From NCBI GenBank assembly GCA_964016885.1, contig OZ024742.1:156550001-156614000 (forward strand): a stretch of DNA of 64,000 nucleotides. The letters run 5' to 3'. Below the pieces are notes generated by a model, which saw only the letters and a program-made list of their open reading frames with translations, was not told the DNA's origin and ran no database searches. The position numbers were made by a program, and so were the translations under genes. Below, in pieces: positions 10,859 through 22,602 of the stretch. The DNA comes from Eledone cirrhosa (Eukaryota). Position 1 is the first letter of the stretch. The number at the start of each line of letters is the position of its first letter.

Positions 10859-13800
10859 ATGTGCATGTGTGGGTGTGTGTGTGCGTGTGTGTGTGTGTAT
10901 GTATGTGTGTATGTGTGTGTGTGTATGTATATATGCATGTTTATACAAAGTGAGGGAGACAAAGTATACGTCTGCGTTTGTGTGCATCTACATATTCGAA
11001 AATATATTACTTTCGAGTAATTTCTATGAGATATCAAAAAATAAATATTTGAACGTACATTTTTGAAAGTTTGAATAAAAATTATTCTACAATATATATT
11101 AACTTACATGCATTTTTCAGTCATTTATAAACGATTGAACACGATGTTTCTGTATTTATTCGTGCACTTAATTGTGTTGTCTACGTAAAATGATATACTA
11201 AATCATTTCATATAAAAACAGTCATTATCTTTTATAATGCTGTAACAAGAATACCCAATTTAAATTCTTAATTTCCAGTTCTTCAAAAATTAAATTTCCA
11301 TCCGAGTAATATTTTCTATATTCCCTCCACTTATTATACCATTTATGTTTATTTTTCACTGTCGTTCTCTCTAATAGCTGCCACTTACTGTAATATATTA
11401 CAAATTCAAACATGCCTAGTTGAATTACTAAATGCCGTTTGTTGTTACTATATAAATGATGAATAATTGTTTGAATGAAATATAAGAAATGTATTGATAT
11501 TTTCAAAACATTGTTTGGTAGGGAGATTAAAATCAAGCATAGACAATTTAAACGTATATAACATTTTCCTCCGACCATATATCTTACTGTGTATATAGTT
11601 TCTACTTTAATGATTGCAATACAGCTTGTCAAATAGTTTGTGTCATTACGACAGTCATAATCTACTTGGAAATGAAACCAAATAATAACATAGTTCTCAA
11701 TAAAAAAAATTAGAATCATATATATAGATTTTTATAAATTGTATAATCCATTTTTAATTATTTTATTTTTATATCCGCTGTAATATAATTTCTTGTAACT
11801 TTAGAAACGTTAAATGCAACATTTCCGTTGGAAGGATCGAATGCTTTCACGTAAACGTTTTTTTAATCATTTTATAAAACGGGGCCAAGAGAAATGGCTA
11901 TGTTCAGACTAAAAGCCATATTTCATACAAATCACTATATATACTGTTCATCATATATTCAAGTGACTTCAATGAATTGTTATAAGATTGCATATCATAT
12001 TAAGAGTTCTAAATCCGTAAAATAACAATATAGTTAAGTAATATCGATGTTACACAAAATAATGTCGGCTACCTTCCAATAACGCATATGAAAAGTTCTT
12101 TCTATTGTTTCAACTGCTAAAATATTTTCAGTCATTTGTCAATATTCAGACCTGAATAATACATAGAACTTATAGGGAGAGAATTAGCTACAATAACTTT
12201 TAGCTAAATATTATCTGTTCATGTACAAACGCAGACGACAGTCTCCATATAAATATCTTCATCGAGCAGTCGTACATAAGGTGTGGGAGACTATTAATGA
12301 AATATAAGATGATGCCACAATTAATATCTTAGGTAAATAACTGGACATTTTTCTGATGATATGTTTTGAAGATACATATCATAAAAATCATAGAGATATC
12401 CGTTCAAATATTGCAATCGGTTTACAGGGTATTCGCGAAACAACATGAAAACATTAAAATGTACAACTCTTGAGAAGAGTCGAAGAAAAACAACAGTGAA
12501 ACATGTAAAAATCATATAATTAGATGTAATTACTGAATTAACCTAAATTATAAATCACATTTTTGGGACCAACAAGCAGTATATCATTTATCATTTTCAA
12601 GGATAATATTGTGCAATCAACGAACAGGAATTAACAACGAATTATCTGATGCACAACACATATAGGAATGCAGGCTAAATAACTAGATGTGACAACCGGT
12701 GCGGACAAATCGGAAGTAATTTGATAGGCGGTGGTTTAATGATATTAGACGATATCCTGTTACGAGGCAAAATGTATTGACCAAACCGTTATGCAATACA
12801 ATCCGTAGAAATGACTGTCCTGAGAAAAAAACATGAAAATATTACACTGAAGAGCAAGGCATATGCATACATAAGATGGTAGAATGTTCCAGTCGAAACC
12901 ACAATAAAATACAAGCATTTGGATAAGGGACGGAGAATAGATGGCATGCACAAAATGTAAATAAGTTGCACATTTGAAGTAAATATCCTGCTAAAGATTA
13001 GGGAAATTGAGAACATTTATGCTGGACTAACGATGAATCGGCAGATGCTCTACTCTGACTACACGTTTAGATTTGTACAAATCTTGAGAAACAGGGAATT
13101 ACAGATCCCGAAAGACCACCGCTAGTTAGGAAGTTGCAAGTACAATTCGTTAATGGAAATGGAAATATGTGTATAACCATTCATAATTTCAGCATGTAAA
13201 TATATTTAGGTCTAAATACATATGCTTTTGTAAACATATAAGTCAAAACATGCAGATCGGCATATGCAGTCACATACATACATACATCTGAATTCACCTA
13301 AATGATGTTTTATAAATCTCAATGAAATATTCTTGTTTATATATCATAAAACGGCCCTCGCACTACTTATGTAATTTTAAAAGGTTAAAAAAACTAGGAC
13401 TGTTGTAAGTTTTAGAATATGAAGATCATTTCCAGGATAATTGTATATAAGTTATAACATATTTAAATATATTTAGCACAATAAAATATTGCTGAGGGTA
13501 AAATACTTTAATGCTTGATATATGTATCCTTGGCATATGTATCGTCAATTTCTATTTTATTGCGCTAAATTGATTTAAGCATAAATCAGGAAACATTGTC
13601 TATTTTCAGATATTTTCCATTGCGCATAATGGTGTGAAATAATATATTAGCATTAAATTAATAGTTATTTAAATTTATATTTAACCACCCGCTTGTGAGA
13701 TCCAATTTCTCCTTACGATCATATGAATAAAAGAGTCCGTGAGAAGTGTTTCATTTATTCATTCAAGTATGGTTCAATACGTTTTTAGTTAACAAGTTAA

Positions 13801-14740
13801 CTATGATACAATGTAATGGTTTGATATCTGTAATAGCATGTAAATACATATATACGCCATCGATATACTCACATGTACACACGTATATATACATATATGC
13901 ATATATAAATATATATACACAGATATATATATATATATACACAAATACATACATATATGTATTAGTATATATTTATATATATTATACTCATTGGTGCATT
14001 GATTTGAAATTCCTGTATAAGGTTAAAATGTTCAATATTTTATGTTTCCTAAAGTTGAATTCTGAGTATTGAATATTCAACTTTGTATCACAAATCAGAT
14101 TTTGCCTGTATATGTGTATATATACATGAACCTCGTTATGTATATTAAGTATGTATGCCCATATGCTAGAAGCCGTTTGAGTTCTTCGTTTTGGGCCGGA
14201 TTCCTTTGTTTGACTTCAACAAACAAAATCACGTGTTATGGTCTGCGAGAAATTATTCCTCTTTCCATTAGAGGCGGAGTGGAGGACTGCCGTGAACTGC
14301 TGGATAGTTTATCCAGTACTGAGGGTTAGCTCACACTGTACGGAAGTATCGTATGATCCGGGCAATGCTGCCAAATACGTGTAATAGCCCGATTACGTAG
14401 ATACCGACTGATTTTGCGTGATTTTCTGAAGATTGCAGAAGGAATATCTTCATTGGTAAAGTTATATGACACAGAAACGATCGTCCAGGAAATGATATAT
14501 TTACATACATCACTAACTAAGCAGAGTCAACGGTTTTCAGTATACTAAATGTGTGCACTCTGAACAGTCGATTGCAGCTGCATTACTGCAATTCGCCTAC
14601 TTCATTGAATGAGCTAGACGCTGAGGATTCTGTATTTATACCAGCGATCTTCGTTACTTTTGTCATATATATATATATATATATATATGAAAGGCAATAC
14701 TAACCTCGGTGGTATCTGAACTTATACCGTAAAGAGGCGT

Positions 14741-14924
14741 AACAGCCTCTAAGCCATGTCATTAGAATGACCTCGTCATTCTTGCACTTATGTTCCCATA
14801 GAAACAGTATACGGTACTGATGAATGGTAATAATCCAGAAACATTGGCGTTTGCCTTCTGTTTTTATGCCAACACCGGAGCAAGAATGACAGGGACATTC
14901 TCCTGACATGGCTTAGAGGCTGTT
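14741..14924 (+). ncRNA. Type I HHR (14813-14855) at the tip of a ~185-nt rod-like hairpin
   Basis: ggta-CTGATGA-a-tgg-taataat-cca-GAAA-cattggcg-TT-tgcc. Stem I continues through catagaaacag/ctgtttttatg, gtcattcttgc/gcaagaatgac and a perfect 21-bp aacagcctctaagccatgtca/tgacatggcttagaggctgtt. Confidence 0.7.
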
Positions 14925-15121
14925 TGCATAATTGCAAATGAATCGAATATCATTAAGATTTGAAAACCGTAGATGTACACATACACACACACACACGCAC
15001 AAACACACACACATACACACACATACACACACACATACACACACATACATACACACACATACACACACACACATATATATACCCCCCCCCCACCCCCCAC
15101 CCCCCCACACACACACACACG

Positions 15122-15207
<86 letters not shown>

Positions 15208-15324
15208 TATATATACATATATGTATATATATGTATATATATATATGTGTGCTGCGAATTTTGAGACACCCGTCCTCTCAAGGAATCTGTGCAGTGCACT
15301 CTATCTGCAAATGGGCTTTAACTG

Positions 15325-15850
15325 AATCAGGTAGATAATTTCAAGTATCGCGGGGCCGAGTGATGGAGGGCAGGATGCTGAATTAAATGCAATAACTGCA
15401 GGAGTCTGGTGCAGTAATTCGCAGGTTCAGCATTCAGTAACCAGAAGAAGGGGAGTAGGCTTAAAAACCAAACTCGCTATCTTCAATTTGGTTTTCGTGC
15501 GAACCTTTTCCCATGGACATGAAAGTTTTGTGTAATGACTGACAGATTATGATCATGAATACCAGCGGCCGAGATAGGATTCCTCTTTGAAGTAACGTTA
15601 TTCGATAAAGTGCGTAGCTCGGAGATAAGAGAGTCAAGCCAGATAGAGCTGTTTATGGAACAAGCCGGAACAGTTGGAGACGGTTGCTTCTGACAGGATG
15701 CGCTGGAATGTTACTTTGAGTACTCAGCTCCCACGACCCTCTCAGGAAGAAGAAGAAGAAGAAGAAGAAGAAGAAGAAGAAGAAGAAGAAGAAGAAGAAG
15801 AAGAAGAAGAAGAAGAAGAAGAAGAAGAAGAAGAAGAAGAAGAAGAAGAA
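15325..15850 (+). mobile_element. RTE-clade LINE 3' end (Rex3/Expander-like), decayed, with (GAA)n tail
   Basis: Remnant peptides QVDNFKY.G, VMTDR....PAAEIGFL, TLFDKVRSSEIRE and LPRP, immediately followed by ~35 GAA units. Confidence 0.65.
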
Positions 15851-15851
15851 A

Positions 15852-15887
<36 letters not shown>

Positions 15888-15902
15888 ATGATGGTGATAA
15901 TG
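15746..15902. repeat. Compound (GAA)n(GAT)n microsatellite
   Basis: Direct reading. Confidence 0.95.
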
Positions 15903-15933
15903 ATATACATTCATTTCATTAAGGCTGAATAGT

Positions 15934-15996
15934 GAGCCTTGCTACTCTGGAGTTTTGCCTCTTTATAACAGGCGAAACTCCAGAGTAAGAAGACTC
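15934..15996. other. Fold-back of the 3' half of an HHR, centred on stem II
   Basis: tactctggagttttgcct-ctttataac-aggc-GAAA-ctccagag-TA. Stem II, GAAA, stem III and GUA are present; the CUGAUGA half is replaced by the inverted copy. Confidence 0.5.
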
Positions 15997-16039
15997 GGAT
16001 ATAAATATACATATCTATCTGAGACAGCTTAGGCTACCA

Positions 16040-17752
16040 GCAGCAAATTTACCACCGCCATGTTGTGTAGTCCTCAAGACCAGACGGGCATCTATAGTGT
16101 GACATTGGCCATGCTCAATCACCTTTGCAAGTTGTTCATCAACTGGGACCTGGTGAACAAACGTTCGCTGTCCACCGGCTTTCTCCATCGGTACGTGAAG
16201 GCGACTTATAATTGTTCCTTAAGCCTCTAAAGACACCACAGACGACACTGTCAAGGACTACTAATACGACCATCTCGAACAGAGTTTAGGTCAAATGCCA
16301 CACCTACGACTTCATGAACATCCTGACTGACGCCTGTGCTACCATCTCCTCTTCCACTGCGGACCCTGGGAAACACCAGCTACTCCTGTCCGGCTACAAC
16401 AATTTATGTATCACCGACACTCATCAATTACTGGAATTAGTACAGACATCACGGCTACACACTGAATGTGATTGACCCCATCATCATCTCCTGCCGCGAG
16501 ATATCATTGTCACCACAGGCCTGGTATACAGAGGAACTCAATTCAGCAACAGGGACCACCAAGTGCTGGCTTGGATGCTGAACCTGCGGTTGGTGGACTC
16601 TGCCACCATGTTGCAGCTCCGCCTTGAGTCATCCAACATCAACTTTTCATTCGTGTGCACTATCGCCAATCACTTCTGCGCCCTGAGCAAGATCGAAACT
16701 GACAACTGCGACATCTTTAAATCACGCGTGAAACTGTTTCCACATGGCTTGCGCAAGTCGCCACATGAATAAGTACCACCATGGAAACCGACAGCCTCAA
16801 AAACTGGAAGGAGAAATTCGACCCTCTTGATCCTCCACCACTCTGAATTGATCGCAACCTCTACCAACAACGATGACATACATGCATTCTACGGCATTTG
16901 TAGACTCGAACTTGTCGCCTACGTCGGAGTCAGAGCCAGATGCAAAGTCACTGGAATCTGCACTGTCTCCACGCAGAAGGTAAATACGAGTCGAGATATC
17001 TTCATACAGTGTCTCACTCGTATCATCAGCCATGTGTGATTCTCAGAGTCGCTCCTAAATGACTGGACATGTGGTATCATTATCCTTGTCTGTAAACGGA
17101 AGGATGACATGCTCGCTTGCAACAAGCACAGGGGTATGCCCCTCTTTTCCAGCACAATCATAACTTTCACCAAGATTCTTCTCAGCTACGCCCTTCTCAC
17201 CATTAGAAACTGACGTTATTTAGACTATTCATGCTAAATCGATACATCACTGACCACATTTCTGCCATCCAACACTTGTTTGAAAGATATTGGGATTTCT
17301 GCAGAGGATGTAGCGTCTACCCCACCTTCGTCGAACTCAAGGCGGCTTTCAATAGGGTCAACCACGCATCACTCTGGAAAGTTCTGAAGTCTTCGGCGTG
17401 TCTTTTAAGACTACCACCCTTTTCCAACGGTTTTATAGCATTGCTGAGAGTGGTGTGCGTGTGAACGAGAAGTACTTCGACTTGATTCCCATTAACAGTG
17501 ACTTCAGGCAGGGCTCCACCGTACTCTCGTTCGAAGTAGCAGCTACGTGCTGGAAGAGCCACCAGGGCAGGCCCTACAGCAGATGGCTGGATATAATTAA
17601 GGAAGATCTCCAGAAGCTCGACATCATTTTGGATGATGCATAGTGTCTGGCACGGGAAGACCTGAGAGGGAGGGCACTGGAAAACCTGGTGATCTCTACG
17701 CACAATGATGCTTCTGTAACCGCTGCTCTTGATGCATCCAGTGCCGTCAAGC
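16040..17752 (+). mobile_element. Decayed RTE-like LINE (RT motifs, internal deletion)
   Basis: Peptides WTCGIIILVCKRKDDMLACNKHRGMPLFS, ITDHISAIQHLFERYWDF...FVELKAAFNRVNHASLWKVL, INSDFRQG and WKSHQGRPYSRWLDIIKEDL match RTE RT and C-terminal consensus. Many stops and frameshifts. Confidence 0.75.
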
Positions 17753-17791
17753 AAAAGGAAGGAGAGAAAAAAAGATATATATATGTGTGTG

Positions 17792-17867
<76 letters not shown>

Positions 17868-17870
<3 letters not shown>

Positions 17871-18059
17871 TTAATATAAATGAGATTCTAAAGGACTAGA
17901 ACTGTTTCATTCTTTAGAAATCATCAGGATTCCTGATGATTTCTAAAGAATGAAACAGTTCTAGCCCTGTAGAATCTCATCTATATTAACACTTTTATAC
18001 TCTGCAATGTATTGAGTACCTTACTTACTGTGGTTACCTCCGATTCAACCCGGAATAAC

Positions 18060-18063
<4 letters not shown>
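17868..18063. mobile_element. Minimal palindromic element: two head-to-head HHRs in (TA)n
   Basis: Arms 17868-17929 and 17931-17993 are reverse complements centred on ggattcc. The right arm has ~70 nt of extra 3' tail. (TA)n on both sides. Confidence 0.8.
17928..17976 (+). ncRNA. Type I hammerhead ribozyme
   Basis: gattc-CTGATGA-t-ttc-taaa-gaa-t-GAAA-cag-ttctagcc-ctg-TA-gaatc; GUA triplet at 17969-17971. The minus-strand twin (~17884-17932) has UUA and a stem III mismatch. Confidence 0.8.
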
Positions 18064-18150
<87 letters not shown>

Positions 18151-18775
18151 CAGAGAGAGTGTGATATATAGGGAGACTAACGGAAAGGATGAGTGTGTGT
18201 GTGCGTGCATGTGTGTGTAGGTATGTCAAATCCGGTCAACAAAAGATCCTTGTCTATTTGTACTCATATTATTAGGACAGAAATGGATTTCAACATCAAG
18301 AATAAAAATAAAGAAATGAATGCATTGATTTCAGAGGATTTGTGTGAACAGTTCTATATATCGGCCTCTGATCATACCTTATACGGCTTTATGTTAATGC
18401 TGATTCTAAATTAGACTTGATAAGATATTTCAATCACAGCAGAAACATTTCCGAATTAAGTTAATTCCCTCAGCGTAGACAAATATGAGATGATTAGATT
18501 GGAATGTCAAGGATGCGCCTCAATTTCGATAACTCTTATTGTAATATGGAAGGTTACCTGACGCTGTTTTTCTAAACATGATATATAATGTTTCTAATTT
18601 TTTTTTTTTTGTGTATTTCTGTTTAGCGGCTTGTTATATTTCCAAATCTAATTACAGATGTATCAATGCTATGACGTGCATTCAGGAAATTATAATCATT
18701 ATGATATTGATTAGCGAATCGATTCTATAAGTCTTTAGCACATTTCACATTTGCAGAAGAGGATGATGATGATGA

Positions 18776-18817
<42 letters not shown>

Positions 18818-19309
18818 CAGATTGTGATGTGCGTTTAAAGTGCATTCGAATTATTCAGCTATGAAATAACCTCTGAGGTATTGTGTCTAATCCCTATAAA
18901 CCTCAAATATATTTTCGCAGACATGTCTTCACGATACAATAAAGACCACGGAAATCATGCTTGTATATATGATATGAACAAGTTTATTAGGGCAAGAATA
19001 TTTTCGATTGGACATCCTTTCAGTCGCATTTCACAAGAGTCTAAATATCAACACGAAAGGTTGCATGCACATACCGTAAGAGAAATATTTATCAGTTTCG
19101 AATAAAATATTGTTAGACTCCAGTATACTACATGTAACCATATTTCTTATGCGGTAATTTTAGAATATAAGACCCTGTTCCATCATTCTCATACTGTAAT
19201 CATACATTTAGTATATCAAGGTGATATTTTTTTAATCTGCAGAATGTATAAGCAGTGTCACTGAATATTATACTTTTAAATTACTTTTGCTTCTATCTAA
19301 CAACCAGTG

Positions 19310-19495
19310 AATTGCCAGTATCAGTAGAGGGTTGTACGCACTGCTTTCTAGCATAGTTACGTCCCTTTACGGTTTGAGTTCAAATCCCGTCGAAGTTAAC
19401 TTTGCCTTTCATCCTTACGTGGTCGATAAAATAAAGTACCAGTAATGTACTGGATAATTGCTGGCCTTGTGCCTAAAGTAGAAACAATATATTAA
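19310..19495 (+). mobile_element. tRNA-derived SINE
   Basis: Pol III B-box-like gagttcaaatcc at 19376-19387, then actttgcctttcatcct...gtcgataaaataaagtaccag...gctggccttgtgcc and an AT-rich tail. Confidence 0.7.
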
Positions 19496-20954
19496 GTAAT
19501 TTATTTAACATCATTTTGGGAGGTTTACAAGAACGTATTTAATTTTGAATGTTGGTGTATGTTTGAAAATATAAACGCCACATAAACTAATATATATGCG
19601 GGATGTTTTCGTTTTCATATGAAGAGTGAGACGTATTCCTGTTGAAAAAAGCAAATAATGTGCGGTACTGCTATCTAACCTACATAAATACGGAAAATCT
19701 GAATACCAGACAATACAGTCTGATACTAATAGTATTAGATGCTTCACACTGTATATATGGCGGGATACTTTATTTGTAACCTGAACTCAGACGATATGCA
19801 CTAATCACCATTGTAAATACTTTGATTCGTTGGAGGGATATTCTCGAACGTATAGTCAGTCAAACGTCAATGATTTGTGATTAATATTAAGAAACCAATT
19901 TTATGAAATATGCCAAATTACAGGAACATCACTACCTCCAATAATCGAAATGCTATAAGCAGTGAACACTTGTGCTAGGTTTTCAGTTTGATATCCTGCT
20001 ATATGGATTATAATAATTTACATACAAAACATTTTCCTCTCTATGAATTTTTTGTTAATAATTCGTAAGATATATTATATTCGAGTATTACATATTCGAT
20101 AGAGTAATGGAATTTGAAAAGATGTATTGTCAGTTAACAAAATTTGTTCACATCGTATTTCTTCCTAAGTAAGATTATTTAAACAACTTCTTAAGTTGAA
20201 TGGAAAATATAGAATATTTATTCACGTAGCTTACTTAATTCATAAATAATTTTATTTCAAAATTAATAGTAGCCATAACATCATGTTTATACAAGGATAT
20301 CTTAAGGTTGAACAAAAAACATAAACGAAAATATATGTTTTTCAAAATTCAGGTAATAAAACAAAACACTAAGAGAAATAAAGTATAAGTCAATATATAA
20401 AATTGAAATTTACAATGTTGTTATCTTTGAAAGAGAGACAAAGCTTAATTCAATTTAAGTCCTCAACATTTGTATTCAGAGAATATAAATCTGTATTTCA
20501 AATTGCTTGTTTGCTAATCATTTTTGAACGGGAATGTGCAAACAGTATTTTATTTATAGATTAAATCATCGGGATGCCTAGCAACAACATGGTTGCGTTG
20601 ATCAATAAGGTTAACAAAAATAATCACAAAATCAAATAATAATTATGATAATAATAATATTTTTTCTCTACAGAATTTGCAGAAATATAAAGCTGTATTT
20701 TAAGCTCTGTGTAGGTAGCATTCAAACAATATTTATAACTCTAGGCAGAAGCGACAAGTGAATACTTAACTCAAGTGAAAATTAATAATAATTATTACAA
20801 ATATAATTTAACACCCATAAAATGGAAATTACAAATCTGTAAAATATGGTTCGAAAAGATATCATGCGGCTTAGTGTTATCAGTGGCATAAAATATATTG
20901 TTGTAGAAAGCTGTTGATTTTAGGTGTTATGAGTAGTTTCAGATTTTAAATGCT

Positions 20955-21260
20955 CCGAGCGAAGGCGGTTGATGCGTCACCGGAGGGCAGGATGATCCTT
21001 GGTTCAAACAGGAGGTGAACGATGCCATTCGAGGAATGAGTTAGCCTAATAAATCTTGGCTTGGAATTAAGTCTTACTCCTTGTACTCGTGATGAAAATC
21101 TGAGAGTAAAAGATTTCGTTAATAAGATATGGACTGACTTTCGGGTTAAGATGAAATCCGAATTTAGATAGGCAAATAAGGTGTTCTAGCAAATCACCCA
21201 CTGGTTTTGTAACAAAATGTACTTTTTCAGTCTGCTATCAGGAACTCTTGAGGGCCCTTC
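20955..21260 (+). mobile_element. RTE-like LINE internal fragment (EN-RT linker), decayed
   Basis: PWFKQEVNDAIR and FRVKMKSEFR.ANKVF.QI resemble the Rex3/Expander linker. Confidence 0.45.
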
Positions 21261-22427
21261 TATCTATGTAGAAAATGATCACCAATTACATTCCTTAGAA
21301 CACAACAATAACAAAAAAGTAACATACTCCATACGTTGGCTATGCAAATCTTTAATATCTATCAGTTACATCATTGCCAATAGTTAGTGAAACATTGATG
21401 TTCAGATACTATGCAACATTTACAACAATGAATAAACGAACATATTGAGACTGATAGATTAAATTAAGTTTACTGAAGCTAAAAATTAAGCAACAATCAA
21501 ATAATTTCTACAGAAAGCTGTTATTGGTATCCTTGCCCGGTGATTGGGGAACGTAGCGGTCCTATTGATTGTAATGTCCTGAATATGAATGTGATGAAAA
21601 TAATACATTAAATGCCTACAGTAGTGGTTTTTAAATCAACGGATCAAAGTTGCTCGGCAATGTTCACACGAGGAAATAAATATTAACTATGAGGTGATGC
21701 TAACAAATTTAGTGACTATTCCACGATATATATGCGATAAATATAAATATATATGATGTTTGCTTCATTTTGTCATATGATATCCGTATCAGCATCAAGT
21801 CAACCATAACTGCAAGATCCGCATACGCACGGATGTGATTTTTCAATAAAGCAGTAAAAAGTTAGATAAGACCCCCACCCCATACAATTACAACTCCAAC
21901 ATATAACACAACAGCAGAGGTGACTCGGGTAACGTTGCTCCTACAGCCTATACATCACCTGAGATGACGAAAGTAGGGATACTGTGGTTTTACATAGACA
22001 CCAATAGCTGCAGCTATATGCTAAGTGCCTATATTGTGTTAAGATTACAGAGTCATGGCATGCATTGGCTAAAGATATAGAATGAAAATGAAAAGACTGG
22101 AAAAGAAACATCGATGTATTGTGGACTATAGTGACAAACACTTGTACACCAAAAATGACTATTAAATGACAAGGGTAAGATTGCCAGTAAATACATAACA
22201 CATATCTTTCACTTTAGCTATTGTCCCCCCCCCCCCCGACAAATACCGTAACGACAATTCAAGATTCTTCACTGTCGGCTTCCTCTCAAGGATGAGAGTC
22301 CCAGGTAATCGGGTTTTCAAATCAGCGGTGACACTTGTAGTCAGACTGCCACACGAGGATTCACATTCTGTCTACAATGGCCAAAATATTTTAAGGTGCC
22401 AGTACACGCTCACACAGACACACACAT

Positions 22428-22556
<129 letters not shown>

Positions 22557-22602
22557 CATACATGCATATTTACATAGATAGATACATGCATACATACATA
22601 CA

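Noticed and set aside
11225-11719. 164-aa minus-strand ORF or possible exon
   Set aside because: No recognisable motif and composition typical of AT-rich non-coding DNA. No supported partner exons. Small host exons elsewhere cannot be excluded without RNA-seq.
14555-14615. Hairpin cgattgcag...ctgcaattcg after ctctgaaca as an HHR
   Set aside because: Core is not CUGANGA and no GAAA follows.
19376-19387. tRNA gene
   Set aside because: Only a B-box-like motif inside a dispersed SINE; no cloverleaf.
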